IMG/VR virus record: IMGVR_UViG_3300045988_116708
Span: 9,039 to 73,038 of that record
DNA from: a virus
Reading direction: 5' to 3' (one strand)
DNA length: 64,000 nucleotides
Shown here: piece after piece, positions 17,636 to 25,852 of the stretch
How positions within the stretch are numbered: position 1 is the first letter of the stretch
Layout: each line of letters begins with the position of its first letter
Notes under the pieces: generated by a model
What the model was told of the DNA's origin: nothing
Databases searched by the model: none
What the model saw: the letters and a program-made list of their open reading frames with translations, nothing else
Program-made: the position numbers and the translations under genes

Positions 17636-18052
17636 ATGAACACATATTACAAATTTGCGCCAAACGTATTTTTGGCAAAGTGCGAAGAAAAGCACGAAAG
17701 AGGTGAGGAAATTCTAGTTACCACTAGGTATGGCAAAGAAAACGAAAGCATAGTTTTCAATCTAATTTTTGAGAAAGACGGTTTTTACTATTACTCCATC
17801 GTCCGTGCTGACGGTTTTAACGTTCAGGAATGGGCGAAGCAAAAGGCAGAACGCAGACGTGAATGGGCTGTATCCGCAGAACGCAAGAGTACTGAATTTT
17901 ATAACAAGTCGAATAAGGATGCTGATTTCCTTTCACTTGGAGAACCTATCAAGGTCGGACATCATAGTGAAAGAAGACATAGAAAAGCAATAGATGATGC
18001 CTGGAACAATATGGGTAATTCAGTGACAAGGCTAATGAACATGAAAGAATAG
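17636..18052 (+). CDS. DUF3560-domain protein
   Basis: LSLGEPIKVGHHSERRHRKAIDDAWNNM matches the DUF3560 core. Confidence 0.65.
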   Translation: MNTYYKFAPNVFLAKCEEKHERGEEILVTTRYGKENESIVFNLIFEKDGFYYYSIVRADGFNVQEWAKQKAERRREWAVSAERKSTEFYNKSNKDADFLSLGEPIKVGHHSERRHRKAIDDAWNNMGNSVTRLMNMKE

Positions 18053-18171
18053 ATAACTCGATAATTCGTAACCTATTACTACAATAAATAGGTAATCACC
18101 ATTCATTACCAATCACTTATACTTTTTTAGTAACATCAGTGGACAAATATAAAATAATAAATTAAAATTAT

Positions 18172-18202
18172 TAACTTTGCATTACATGTCAAGTGGCATG
18201 TA
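18172..18202 (+). promoter_or_regulatory. Promoter (-7 box) plus 5' hairpin H0 of the terminase operon
   Basis: TAACTTTG at 18172-18179; hairpin TACATG-T-CAAGTG-G-CATGTA at 18183-18202, 19 nt before ATG 18222. Confidence 0.55.
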
Positions 18203-18221
18203 GCTAATCGGACGAAAAGAC

Positions 18222-18788
18222 ATGAGGTTATCAATAAAACAGGAAAATTTTTGTAATTACTACATTGAATGTGGGAACGCATCCGAATCTTATCGTCGTG
18301 CGTATTCTTGTAAGAATATGAAAGACAACACTGTTAATCGGAAAGCGATTGAACTGTTAAATAACGGCATGATTACGGCAAGGGTCAAAGAATTGCAATT
18401 AGAACAAAAGGAGAAGTCAGATATAACTAAAGAGCGTATCTTACAGGAATTATCCGGTATTGCATTTTCTACCATCGCCGATATGCATAATACTTGGATT
18501 GAACGTAAGGAATTTGACCGGCTTTCTAAGAAAGAAAAATCATCAATAAAAAGTATTTCTACAAAAGTGCTTAAAAAGAATATCGGCACAAGAGATGAGC
18601 CGGAAATAGTGGATGTTGAGTATGTGAAGATAGAGTTGTACGATAAAATAAAAGCTATTGAGCGTATCTGCAAGATGCTTGGTTTTGATTCACCAACAGA
18701 AGTGAATATCAACAAGGACAGTGAGGATATGTCCCGTGAAGATATGTTGGATGAATTAGAACGTCTGGAAAAATTGCGTGAGGAATAA
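18222..18788 (+). CDS. terS: Terminase small subunit
   Basis: LSIKQENFCNYYIECGNASESYRRAYS...NRKAIELLNNGMITARVKEL = Terminase_2 pattern; immediately upstream of terL. Confidence 0.75.
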   Translation: MRLSIKQENFCNYYIECGNASESYRRAYSCKNMKDNTVNRKAIELLNNGMITARVKELQLEQKEKSDITKERILQELSGIAFSTIADMHNTWIERKEFDRLSKKEKSSIKSISTKVLKKNIGTRDEPEIVDVEYVKIELYDKIKAIERICKMLGFDSPTEVNINKDSEDMSREDMLDELERLEKLREE

Positions 18789-20254
18789 TGAGATTAACTG
18801 ATGCACAGGTAAAAAGAAAGCTTGAGTTGGAGCGTCTGCTATTGAAAATGGATGCTCCCAATATGTTTTATAAATTTATTCCGTATATCAATGCGTCATA
18901 TACCAGTATGTGGTTCCACAAGGTTATTGCTGATCATTGCCAAATGCTTTTTGATGGTAAAATCAAGAATTTAATGGTATTCATGCCGCCACAAAATGGG
19001 AAATCTGAAATTGTATCTCGTAATTTCCCAGCGTTTGCTTTAGGCTGTAATCCTGATCTTAAAATTGTCGGTACATCGTATAGTGCTAATCTTGCAGAAC
19101 AATTCTCGCGTTCTATTCAGCGTATTATAGATAGCAAGGAGTATCAAGCTATATTCCCCAATACTTATCTTAATGGAAGTAATGTCAGGACGTGTGTAAA
19201 AGGTTATTTGCGCAATGTGGATATATTTGAGACGGTGGGGCATAAAGGTTTTTATAAGGCGGTTGGTGTCGGTGGTTCTTTGACGGGAACGCCAGTGGAT
19301 ATAGCCATTATTGATGACCCGGTAAAGGATGCAATGGAAGCCTATTCTGTTACTTACAGAGAGCGCGTGTGGGATTGGTATACTTCAGTGTTGCTTACAC
19401 GTCTTCATAATGAAAGCAAACAGCTTTTTATTATGACGAGATGGCATGACGATGACCTTGCCGGACGCATATTGAAGAAGGAACCTGACAAATGGACTGT
19501 ATTGTCTGTTCCTGCTATACGCGAGACACTTGAGGATGGGAATGATTTTGACCCTCGCAAGGTAGGCGAGGCATTGTGGCCGCAACGTCATTCTTTGGAA
19601 AGGCTTCTTGACGCACAAAAACGTTCGCCAAGATTCTTTTCTGCGTTATACCAGCAGCATCCCACCGTTGAAGGAGGTAATATTATCAAGGAAGCGTGGT
19701 TTGGTCATATTTCTGCTTTTGACTTTAAGAAAAAGCTTAAATATGAGCCTATAATCTTTTTTGTCGATACGGCTTATACGGAAAAAACGAGCAACGATCC
19801 GACTGGCATACTCGGTTCCTGCATGATTGGTAATGATATATATATTGTGTGTGGAAAGAAGGTGAATATGAAGTTCCCTGAATTGTGCCGTTTTCTTCCT
19901 TCCTATGTACGTGACAATGGATATGGAAGTGATAGTACGGTAAGGATTGAACCGAAAGCAAATGGTCTTTCCGTAATAGACCAATTACGCGAAACAACCA
20001 ACCTGAGTGTTGTTGCCACTTCTTCACCAAAAGACAGCAAAGAAACAAGGTTAAACGCTGCCTCTCCTTTTGTTGAGAGTGGACGTGTGTATCTTGTGGA
20101 TGGAGATTGGAATGAAATGTTTATTGATGAGGTGTGCGGTTTTCCTGCAAAACCTCATGATGAGTTTGTGGATTTGCTTTGCTACTCGATAGATTATCAT
20201 CACAGAAGCTTTAATGAATTGAGTGACGAGGAGATTCTAAGGGATTTTCTTTGA
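18788..20254 (+). CDS. terL: Terminase large subunit
   Basis: MPPQNGKSE (Walker A-like), IAIIDDP (Walker B), TRWHDDDLAGR, C-terminal nuclease region; ATGA overlap with terS. Confidence 0.9.
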   Translation: MRLTDAQVKRKLELERLLLKMDAPNMFYKFIPYINASYTSMWFHKVIADHCQMLFDGKIKNLMVFMPPQNGKSEIVSRNFPAFALGCNPDLKIVGTSYSANLAEQFSRSIQRIIDSKEYQAIFPNTYLNGSNVRTCVKGYLRNVDIFETVGHKGFYKAVGVGGSLTGTPVDIAIIDDPVKDAMEAYSVTYRERVWDWYTSVLLTRLHNESKQLFIMTRWHDDDLAGRILKKEPDKWTVLSVPAIRETLEDGNDFDPRKVGEALWPQRHSLERLLDAQKRSPRFFSALYQQHPTVEGGNIIKEAWFGHISAFDFKKKLKYEPIIFFVDTAYTEKTSNDPTGILGSCMIGNDIYIVCGKKVNMKFPELCRFLPSYVRDNGYGSDSTVRIEPKANGLSVIDQLRETTNLSVVATSSPKDSKETRLNAASPFVESGRVYLVDGDWNEMFIDEVCGFPAKPHDEFVDLLCYSIDYHHRSFNELSDEEILRDFL

Positions 20255-20263
20255 TTATATGAA

Positions 20264-20312
20264 AGAAGTGACTCTAAATACGTCACTTCTTTAAATTAAA
20301 TTCCTATATTTG
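20264..20312 (+). promoter_or_regulatory. Palindrome + promoter cassette 2
   Basis: AGAAGTGAC-N9-GTCACTTCT (20264-20290) then TATATTTG (20305-20312) followed by CATCGTGAAAA. Confidence 0.55.
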
Positions 20313-20438
20313 CATCGTGAAAACAATAAGACTGGTCGAGTGAAGCCCTCCGGAAACAAGATATTAATGTAAAGTGTCTATTTAATGCTACGGGGCTTCA
20401 CAATATGCGTGGCAAAGGATAGGCACTTTATTTTTTAT

Positions 20439-20456
20439 CTGCGTGAAGAGGCGCAG
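20439..20456 (+). promoter_or_regulatory. Leader hairpin H1
   Basis: CTGCG-T-GAAGAG-G-CGCAG, 6 nt upstream of ATG 20463. Confidence 0.5.
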
Positions 20457-20462
20457 TACATT

Positions 20463-20714
20463 ATGAAAAATAATCATTCATATGCGAGTATTCGCAATTT
20501 ACTGCCGAAAACATTTGCTGTTGTGAAAAGTATTAGTACCTTTGCGGTGCGACAACTTTATTTACATAACAGCTATGTGGATTTTTTATATCCATACGGC
20601 ATACTTTTTAATAATATATTGGAGAAGTTACACTCGTGTCTTTATTCGCCGCATAGCAGTAAAGAGGTTGTCGCAGACTTAGGGTGTACTTCTCCTTTTT
20701 TTGTAAACAAATAA
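20463..20714 (+). CDS. Possible small protein (83 aa)
   Basis: Internal ATG of track ORF 20385-20714. It is supported only because the H1 hairpin sits just upstream, as at other genes. Confidence 0.3.
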   Translation: MKNNHSYASIRNLLPKTFAVVKSISTFAVRQLYLHNSYVDFLYPYGILFNNILEKLHSCLYSPHSSKEVVADLGCTSPFFVNK

Positions 20715-20723
20715 TTTCATTTC

Positions 20724-21662
20724 ATGCGACAACCAAATGAAATCTATTTGAACGGGAATAATAGTACCGTACAAATTGCGTCAGCTCACGAGACGAGCAA
20801 GACTTTCTCCTATAATGGGAACGATGTCCTTTTTGACATCAAAGATGATGTTATGGTTAACGCCACACAGCTTGCTAAAATCTATGGAAAGCGCCCTGCT
20901 GAATATTTGAGATTGCCAGATACGGTAAAATTGATTAATGCAATTACAAGAAAATATGGTATTTCTGAAAATCAATTAGTTGTAACATCAAAAGGTGGGA
21001 ATATTAGCGATATGGGAAAATCCCACATCGTTGATAATCAACAAGGTACTTGGATGCACAGATTAATAGTAGTTGATTTCTGTCAATGGTTAGACATTGA
21101 TTTGAAACTATGGTGTACCGAGAAGCTTGACGAGTTAATGAGATACGGTATGACCGCCACGCAGCCAACGCTTGAGCAGATGATTAACAACCCTGACCTT
21201 GTTATAAGTCTTGCCACACAACTAAAGAGCGAACGTGAGGAGAAGCAACGATTGGCATTGGAAGTGCAGAAAAAGGAACAGGAGAAGCTGTCTATCATAG
21301 AGGGAACAAAGCCAGCCGTAGTATTCACGGAATGTGTAACAAGCTCGTCTACCAATATTCTCATAGGAGATCTTGCGAAACTTATCACTCAAAACGGATA
21401 TAAGATTGGAGAAATAAGGCTTTATGAATGGATGGTAGAGAACAAGTACCTTATCAGAAAGCAGCGATACAGCAAGTCGAAGAATAAATACGTAAATGAC
21501 TATATGCCCACACAGAGGACGTCAGAAATGGGATTGTTCTTTGTGAAAGAAAGACCGATAGTGTCGGGTGGAAGTCCCATTTTTATAAAACATACCTGTT
21601 ACGTTACAGGTAAAGGCCAGGTGTATTTTCTGAATAAGTTTAAATCTTTAATGGCTGCATGA
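20724..21662 (+). CDS. KilA-N / KilAC (ANT) antirepressor-like protein
   Basis: VMVNATQLAKIYGKRPAEYLRL...QQGTWMHRLIVVDFCQWLDIDLKLW (KilA-N); C-terminal LIGDLAKLITQNGYKIGEIRLYEWMVENKYLIRK (KilAC). Confidence 0.75.
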   Translation: MRQPNEIYLNGNNSTVQIASAHETSKTFSYNGNDVLFDIKDDVMVNATQLAKIYGKRPAEYLRLPDTVKLINAITRKYGISENQLVVTSKGGNISDMGKSHIVDNQQGTWMHRLIVVDFCQWLDIDLKLWCTEKLDELMRYGMTATQPTLEQMINNPDLVISLATQLKSEREEKQRLALEVQKKEQEKLSIIEGTKPAVVFTECVTSSSTNILIGDLAKLITQNGYKIGEIRLYEWMVENKYLIRKQRYSKSKNKYVNDYMPTQRTSEMGLFFVKERPIVSGGSPIFIKHTCYVTGKGQVYFLNKFKSLMAA

Positions 21663-21864
21663 TCATGGAAATAAAAATGAATAATAGCTTAACATTTGAT
21701 GAAGTAGCAGATAAGTTGGGATGTTCAGTGGAGGAACTTTAAAAATTGGCTTTAGAAAATGGCTTGATTGACGAGAATGGAAATCCTACCGAAATGGCCA
21801 ATAAGAGAGGGACTTCTTCTGATGGAAGTTGGCGAAAATACAGTGAGTTGACATATAAATGCGT

Positions 21865-21899
21865 AAGACGCTGTGATAAACTAGCACAGCGTCTTTTGT
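21865..21899. terminator. Intrinsic terminator between convergent units
   Basis: AAGACGCTGTG-ataaactag-CACAGCGTCTT then TTG. Confidence 0.65.
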
Positions 21900-21912
21900 A
21901 TGTCACATTAAT

Positions 21913-22875
21913 TTATAATTGCTTATTTATCAATTGTTCGACTTTCTTAAGCCTCTCGGCGTATTTTTTCTCTTTCGGGAATGTAGATATGGCTTTTTTA
22001 ATAATACGCAGTTCGTTCACGTAATCCTTTTGTTTTCTATATAATATCATAAGTCTGTCATAAGAATGTGTTGCGTCACAATCTTCGTAAGAAATGTTTT
22101 GCTCATATGTTTTGATAGCCTCTTGAATTTCTCCACGTTTTTCAAGTTCAATGCCCTTGTTGTTTAGCATCGCTATACGATGTATGGAACGTTCTTGTTT
22201 CATGTATGCAGAACGTCTTTCTTCCATGGCATCCAACTTGGATTTCTTTATGTCTATATATTCGTCTATACCATTATACTCCCCAAATAAATCACCCATA
22301 ACAGCCCCTTTGAAATATCGTTTATGTAGGTAGCTCCATTTCACACGTACATATCCATCCCCCAAGTCTATAATAGAGCCTTTCCCGTATTTGGATATAG
22401 TTTCCTCTTCTAACTCCTTAGCTTTTCGCTCCTTGTCTTTTATCTGTTGTATTGATGTATTTATGGGTATGTTGAAATCGTACCCATTTACTGTTGATTT
22501 ATATTCTCCTACAATATCTCCGTTATCATAAACATCTACGTCTATTCCTTTAACTGATACATGCTGTGGTTCCAGTTTATTTGTACGCTTCATGGCTTCT
22601 TCATACTCATTACGAATGACAGAACGTGCTTGCTTAAGCGTCATATTATTCAGTATTATTGTATCGGGAAGCTGATTTATGTAGCTTATTATTGCATTAT
22701 AACTTTTAATGACATCATTTTTGTTTGATGCGTTATCCATGTCACGCAGGCATTGATTGATTAATCGAACTTTATATTCGTAAAGATCGGATTTTGTATT
22801 GCTGTCTTTGCTGCTAATTCGGCATAAGGCTATTATCAATACTATCGTGGAAGCAATGATGATTATTATTGCCAT
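21913..22875 (-). CDS. Membrane-anchored protein with C-terminal TPR-like region
   Basis: N-terminal TM helix MAIIIIIASTIVLIIAL; C-terminal NNKGIELEKRGEIQEAIKTYEQ...YDRLMILYRKQKDYVNELRIIKKAI; 8 nt downstream of the XRE gene in the same operon. Confidence 0.65.
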   Translation of the reverse strand: MAIIIIIASTIVLIIALCRISSKDSNTKSDLYEYKVRLINQCLRDMDNASNKNDVIKSYNAIISYINQLPDTIILNNMTLKQARSVIRNEYEEAMKRTNKLEPQHVSVKGIDVDVYDNGDIVGEYKSTVNGYDFNIPINTSIQQIKDKERKAKELEEETISKYGKGSIIDLGDGYVRVKWSYLHKRYFKGAVMGDLFGEYNGIDEYIDIKKSKLDAMEERRSAYMKQERSIHRIAMLNNKGIELEKRGEIQEAIKTYEQNISYEDCDATHSYDRLMILYRKQKDYVNELRIIKKAISTFPKEKKYAERLKKVEQLINKQL

Positions 22876-22882
22876 ATTAGGT

Positions 22883-23176
22883 TCACAATTTATCAGCTAA
22901 CTTTTTAATATCTTCCTTACTCGTAACCTTGTGGATGGTTCCGTCTAATTCGATGTAGCCGTTTATACTGGTCGGTTCCTCGAATAACTCGGTTATTCTC
23001 ACATTTAAGGCACTGGCGATTTTTTCCAATGTCTCAAGTGATGGATTTACCTTTCCATTAATTATATTACTCGTGTTTGTCTGTGAAATACCTATCATTG
23101 TGGATAAATCCATAACTTTAACACCTTTCTCTTTACACACTTCTTTTATTCTCAATTCTGCCATAATGTAGTGCAT
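22883..23176 (-). CDS. XRE-family HTH regulator (second repressor-like gene); start may be 23164
   Basis: LRIKEVCKEKGVKVMDLSTMIGISQTNTSNIINGKVNPSLETLEKIASALNVRITELF. Confidence 0.8.
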   Translation of the reverse strand: MHYIMAELRIKEVCKEKGVKVMDLSTMIGISQTNTSNIINGKVNPSLETLEKIASALNVRITELFEEPTSINGYIELDGTIHKVTSKEDIKKLADKL

Positions 23177-23304
23177 TAATTAGTTATGATGCAAAAGTAC
23201 AATACTTATCCTTATATTTAATGTATTACATGATTAATTAATGTTAATATGATGTAGTATATTATTGTTTTGTTTTGATATATTAATCTACTACATTATA
23301 TTTG
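23166..23304. promoter_or_regulatory. Divergent promoter/operator region of module B
   Basis: Minus-strand -7 box at 23192-23199 (CAAAAGTA). Plus-strand -7 box TATATTTG at 23297-23304, followed by CATTGTGAAAT. Half-sites ATGTAGTG 23166-23173, ATGTAGTA 23252-23259, TACTACAT 23289-23296, and palindrome ATGTATTACAT 23221-23231. Confidence 0.55.
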
Positions 23305-23343
23305 CATTGTGAAATTGATGTATCACGTTAAAATGTATAACAT

Positions 23344-23736
23344 ATGAAACGTTACGATTTAAGCAAGATAATGAGAAGAGCACACCAGTTATTCATTAAC
23401 GCTCGTGCAAAGTACCCGACATTTTCTGATGCACTCCGTAAATCTTGGAACATGGTAAAGTTTGAGGTTAAGGTAGCTGAAACACGCCAAGCAATCGAAG
23501 CGGAAGAAAAAGCTCGTGAAGCGAAGGAATGCGAAGAAAGGGAACAGGCTGCTGTTAATTCAGTTCTTCTTCATGCACAACTGGAAGCCGACCGGATCAG
23601 ACGTGAAGCGGAAGCCAAAGCACAACGTATGAGAGAAGAAATGGCAGCACGTAAAGAAGGTATAGCTTATAACGAATATCAAGAATGTATCAGCCGTGCT
23701 ATGGGTTACGGAATTGGTGCTTATTGTGGAGATTAA
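23344..23736 (+). CDS. Hypothetical early protein, paralog of 5289-5600
   Basis: Shared N-terminus MKRYxLSxIMxxAH and C-terminal YxGD; central E/R/A-rich helix. Confidence 0.6.
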   Translation: MKRYDLSKIMRRAHQLFINARAKYPTFSDALRKSWNMVKFEVKVAETRQAIEAEEKAREAKECEEREQAAVNSVLLHAQLEADRIRREAEAKAQRMREEMAARKEGIAYNEYQECISRAMGYGIGAYCGD

Positions 23737-23740
23737 AATT

Positions 23741-23830
23741 ATGATAGAAATAATAATCATATTCGTTTGTCTCTTTTTAGGGTATTTTCTTTTTAAGAGA
23801 AAGGGAGACTCTCTTTTTTACAAAGACTAA
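23741..23830 (+). CDS. Possible 29-aa hydrophobic peptide
   Basis: MIEIIIIFVCLFLGYFLFKRKGDSLFYKD; below the track cutoff. Confidence 0.25.
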   Translation: MIEIIIIFVCLFLGYFLFKRKGDSLFYKD

Positions 23831-23892
23831 CTTAGGAGGATTATTAATCCGATGGATATAGATAATTTGTCCATCATAAAAGATATTACATT

Positions 23893-24153
23893 ATGAAACA
23901 GTTTCAGTTAACTATTAATGAAGAACTTGCAGGCTTATTACGGTCTGCTACAGAGTTGAATAGCCTGCTTAACAGCTATGTACAAGAGCATTTCAAAGGC
24001 TTGGATTATCAGGACTGGCAAGAATATCCAGCAAAGCAGTTTGCAGAAATGCAGAATAGTACTTTAGACATGATGTCGGACTTATCCGATATTATCGGCT
24101 ACGATATTGCGCAACAGGTAAACGCAGAAGTTAAGAAGGAGGCGAAAGTATGA
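23893..24153 (+). CDS. Hypothetical protein
   Basis: ORF track. Confidence 0.55.
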   Translation: MKQFQLTINEELAGLLRSATELNSLLNSYVQEHFKGLDYQDWQEYPAKQFAEMQNSTLDMMSDLSDIIGYDIAQQVNAEVKKEAKV

Positions 24154-24383
24154 AGACAATCAGAGTAACAGACGCCGCCGCTCAGTTTATCAAACAGTTA
24201 CGGGAAGAAGGAATAGAGGAAAGGAAAGTTTTCCTTTGTGATGCTTATTCAAAAGCAGTGGAACATGCGTTGGCCAATGCTGAATACAGTGAAGCGGATT
24301 TTTACCCGTTGACGGTGATACATGATTATCATAAACTGATTGAAGAACTTGCAGATAACGACGATACTAAAGGTAATGACTGA
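24150..24383 (+). CDS. Hypothetical protein
   Basis: ORF track; ATGA overlap. Confidence 0.55.
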   Translation: MKTIRVTDAAAQFIKQLREEGIEERKVFLCDAYSKAVEHALANAEYSEADFYPLTVIHDYHKLIEELADNDDTKGND

Positions 24384-24387
24384 AAGC

Positions 24388-24407
24388 GCACATAAGAGCA
24401 ATGAAAA
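24388..24407. repeat. Left arm of a perfect 20-bp inverted repeat
   Basis: GCACATAAGAGCAATGAAAA is the reverse complement of 24689-24708. Confidence 0.8.
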
Positions 24408-24417
24408 TACATAGGTA

Positions 24418-24500
24418 GTGTTAGGGGCTACGGTCCGACACATTTAAAGTTGACGCCAATCAGCAAAGCCACCCCGGCAGCAATACGGTTGCCGGGTTTT
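24418..24500 (+). ncRNA. Candidate small RNA / structured 3' UTR, copy B
   Basis: GGC-UACG-GUC hairpin, 15-mer AAGTTGACGCCAATC (24447-24461), terminator CCCGGCA...TGCCGGG+TTTT (24473-24500). Confidence 0.35.
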
Positions 24501-24502
24501 GT

Positions 24503-24569
24503 GTATGCAATAACCTCAGTTTCTTCGGAAATAATACGGTATTATTCCGTGATTAATCACTGATTATTC
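24503..24569. repeat. Dispersed repeat shared with 38270-38356
   Basis: A 12-nt block (GTATGCAATAAC) plus a 53-nt block (24517-24569) that is identical by eye to 38304-38356. It contains the TTC-TTCG-GAA hairpin and the palindrome GGAAATAATACGGTATTATTCC. Confidence 0.8.
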
Positions 24570-24589
24570 ACTGATTGATCACTAAACGA
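24557..24589. repeat. Three tandem 11-bp iteron-like repeats
   Basis: TCACTGATTAT / TCACTGATTGA / TCACTAAACGA. Confidence 0.6.
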
Positions 24590-24657
24590 TACGATAAGTA
24601 CTCTGTGAATATTCTCAATTTATGCAGAAAAGAATATGTGGTGATTTGGAAGTTTGC

Positions 24658-24665
24658 TACCTTTG
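24658..24665 (+). promoter_or_regulatory. -7 promoter box inside the IR-flanked segment
   Basis: TACCTTTG, followed by hairpin AAAACAC-ttctttt-GTGTTTT. Confidence 0.45.
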
Positions 24666-24688
24666 TAACCGAAAACACTTCTTTTGTG

Positions 24689-24708
24689 TTTTCATTGCTC
24701 TTATGTGC
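24689..24708. repeat. Right arm of the 20-bp inverted repeat
   Basis: TTTTCATTGCTCTTATGTGC. Confidence 0.8.
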
Positions 24709-24880
24709 ACTGGCTTGTGAAAGTCGGTGCCATTTTTGTTCTATGTCAAAAGTTAAATCTTTGATTTAGAGAGGTTTGTTGTAAAAATAAAAGTGTAAAT
24801 CTTTGGATAACTCGTTGATAATTATTATCTTTACAATACAAAAAGAAACCAATAATACTAACAATTAAAAGACAAGAGCA

Positions 24881-25063
24881 ATGAAATCAACAACAATCCA
24901 ACAGAGAATAATAGAAAAGTTCATCATGTCAGAGTTTGTACAAGGTAACTTAGATACAAAAGAACAAGTAAGCTGTATGCTTATCCTGATTCAAAAGAAG
25001 CTGAATATGTCAGTAGAGCAAGCAAGTGACTTTATGAGAAAATCAATTGGTATTAACGCTTAA
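24881..25063 (+). CDS. Hypothetical protein
   Basis: ORF track; start context aagagcaATGAA. Confidence 0.5.
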   Translation: MKSTTIQQRIIEKFIMSEFVQGNLDTKEQVSCMLILIQKKLNMSVEQASDFMRKSIGINA

Positions 25064-25074
25064 TACACACGATT

Positions 25075-25392
25075 ATGAAAGTATATGATATAAATGGCAA
25101 TGTAGTAGCAGAAGGCTATTTAGTTCCCAATCCCAATTTCATTCCTAAAGGTGAATACAAAGAAACTGAACTGGATTATCAAAAGAAGCAAGCTGATATG
25201 TTGATAACTTCAATTGATGGCAGTTTCTATGAAATCAGTTTGCCTAAAAATGCTACACTTCGCCAGAAGATAAGCAAAGATATAAAAGGATATGGCAGAA
25301 ACGTAAGAAGGTATAATGAAGATATAATTCATGTAACAGAAAAAGTCCTAAAGATTTTGCAAACTAAATATACTATAATGTGTGACTTTTAA
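25075..25392 (+). CDS. Hypothetical protein
   Basis: ORF track. Confidence 0.55.
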   Translation: MKVYDINGNVVAEGYLVPNPNFIPKGEYKETELDYQKKQADMLITSIDGSFYEISLPKNATLRQKISKDIKGYGRNVRRYNEDIIHVTEKVLKILQTKYTIMCDF

Positions 25393-25400
25393 AAATAGAT

Positions 25401-25670
25401 ATGACACAAGATCGACTTGATATATTTGAAAAAGTACTCCTTCTTTATGGAGAATACGTCTTACTCAATCTTTATTCTTCTGCTAAAGTTATGGAAAGGT
25501 ACGAAGATTGTGCCATTATGCGAGATTTGATGAAAAGGCACAATATTGATGAACGTAATGAAATCCAGGATTGGCAAGCTGAATTATGGCGTTGTGGATA
25601 TTCTGGTGAAATTGCTGGCATTAACTTTCCATATTATATGCATGAAGCTGTAAAAATGGTAGGTTATTAG
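25401..25670 (+). CDS. Hypothetical protein (weak UVR-like motif)
   Basis: MERYEDCAIMRDLMKRH resembles the UvrB/UvrC-type motif. Confidence 0.5.
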   Translation: MTQDRLDIFEKVLLLYGEYVLLNLYSSAKVMERYEDCAIMRDLMKRHNIDERNEIQDWQAELWRCGYSGEIAGINFPYYMHEAVKMVGY

Positions 25671-25696
25671 ATAAATATTATTATTTTTTTTGTTTA

Positions 25697-25732
25697 AAAG
25701 TGGCATAGTGAATGTCACTTTTGTTATATTTG
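25697..25732 (+). promoter_or_regulatory. Palindrome + promoter cassette 3
   Basis: AAAGTGGCA-N7-TGTCACTTT (one G-U wobble if read as RNA) then TATATTTG at 25725-25732. Confidence 0.55.
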
Positions 25733-25834
25733 CACCATAGCATCTGATGCTAACGTATCCTTTCACGTTCTCGGGTATACGTATTGTTTTATCCGGTCCC
25801 TTTTGGAAGGTATTTATTGTTGTTCAACTAATTA

Positions 25835-25852
25835 CCGTATGAAGATGTACGG
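25835..25852 (+). promoter_or_regulatory. Leader hairpin H2 (portal operon)
   Basis: CCGTA-T-GAAGAT-G-TACGG, 3 nt before ATG 25856. Confidence 0.55.

Noticed and set aside
24249-24769. ORFs 24249-24443 (-) and 24575-24769 (+) across the inverted-repeat segment
   Set aside because: They run through the palindromes, terminator hairpin and iterons. Their sequences mirror each other (FSLLLCAL in both) because they translate the two IR arms, so they are not genes.
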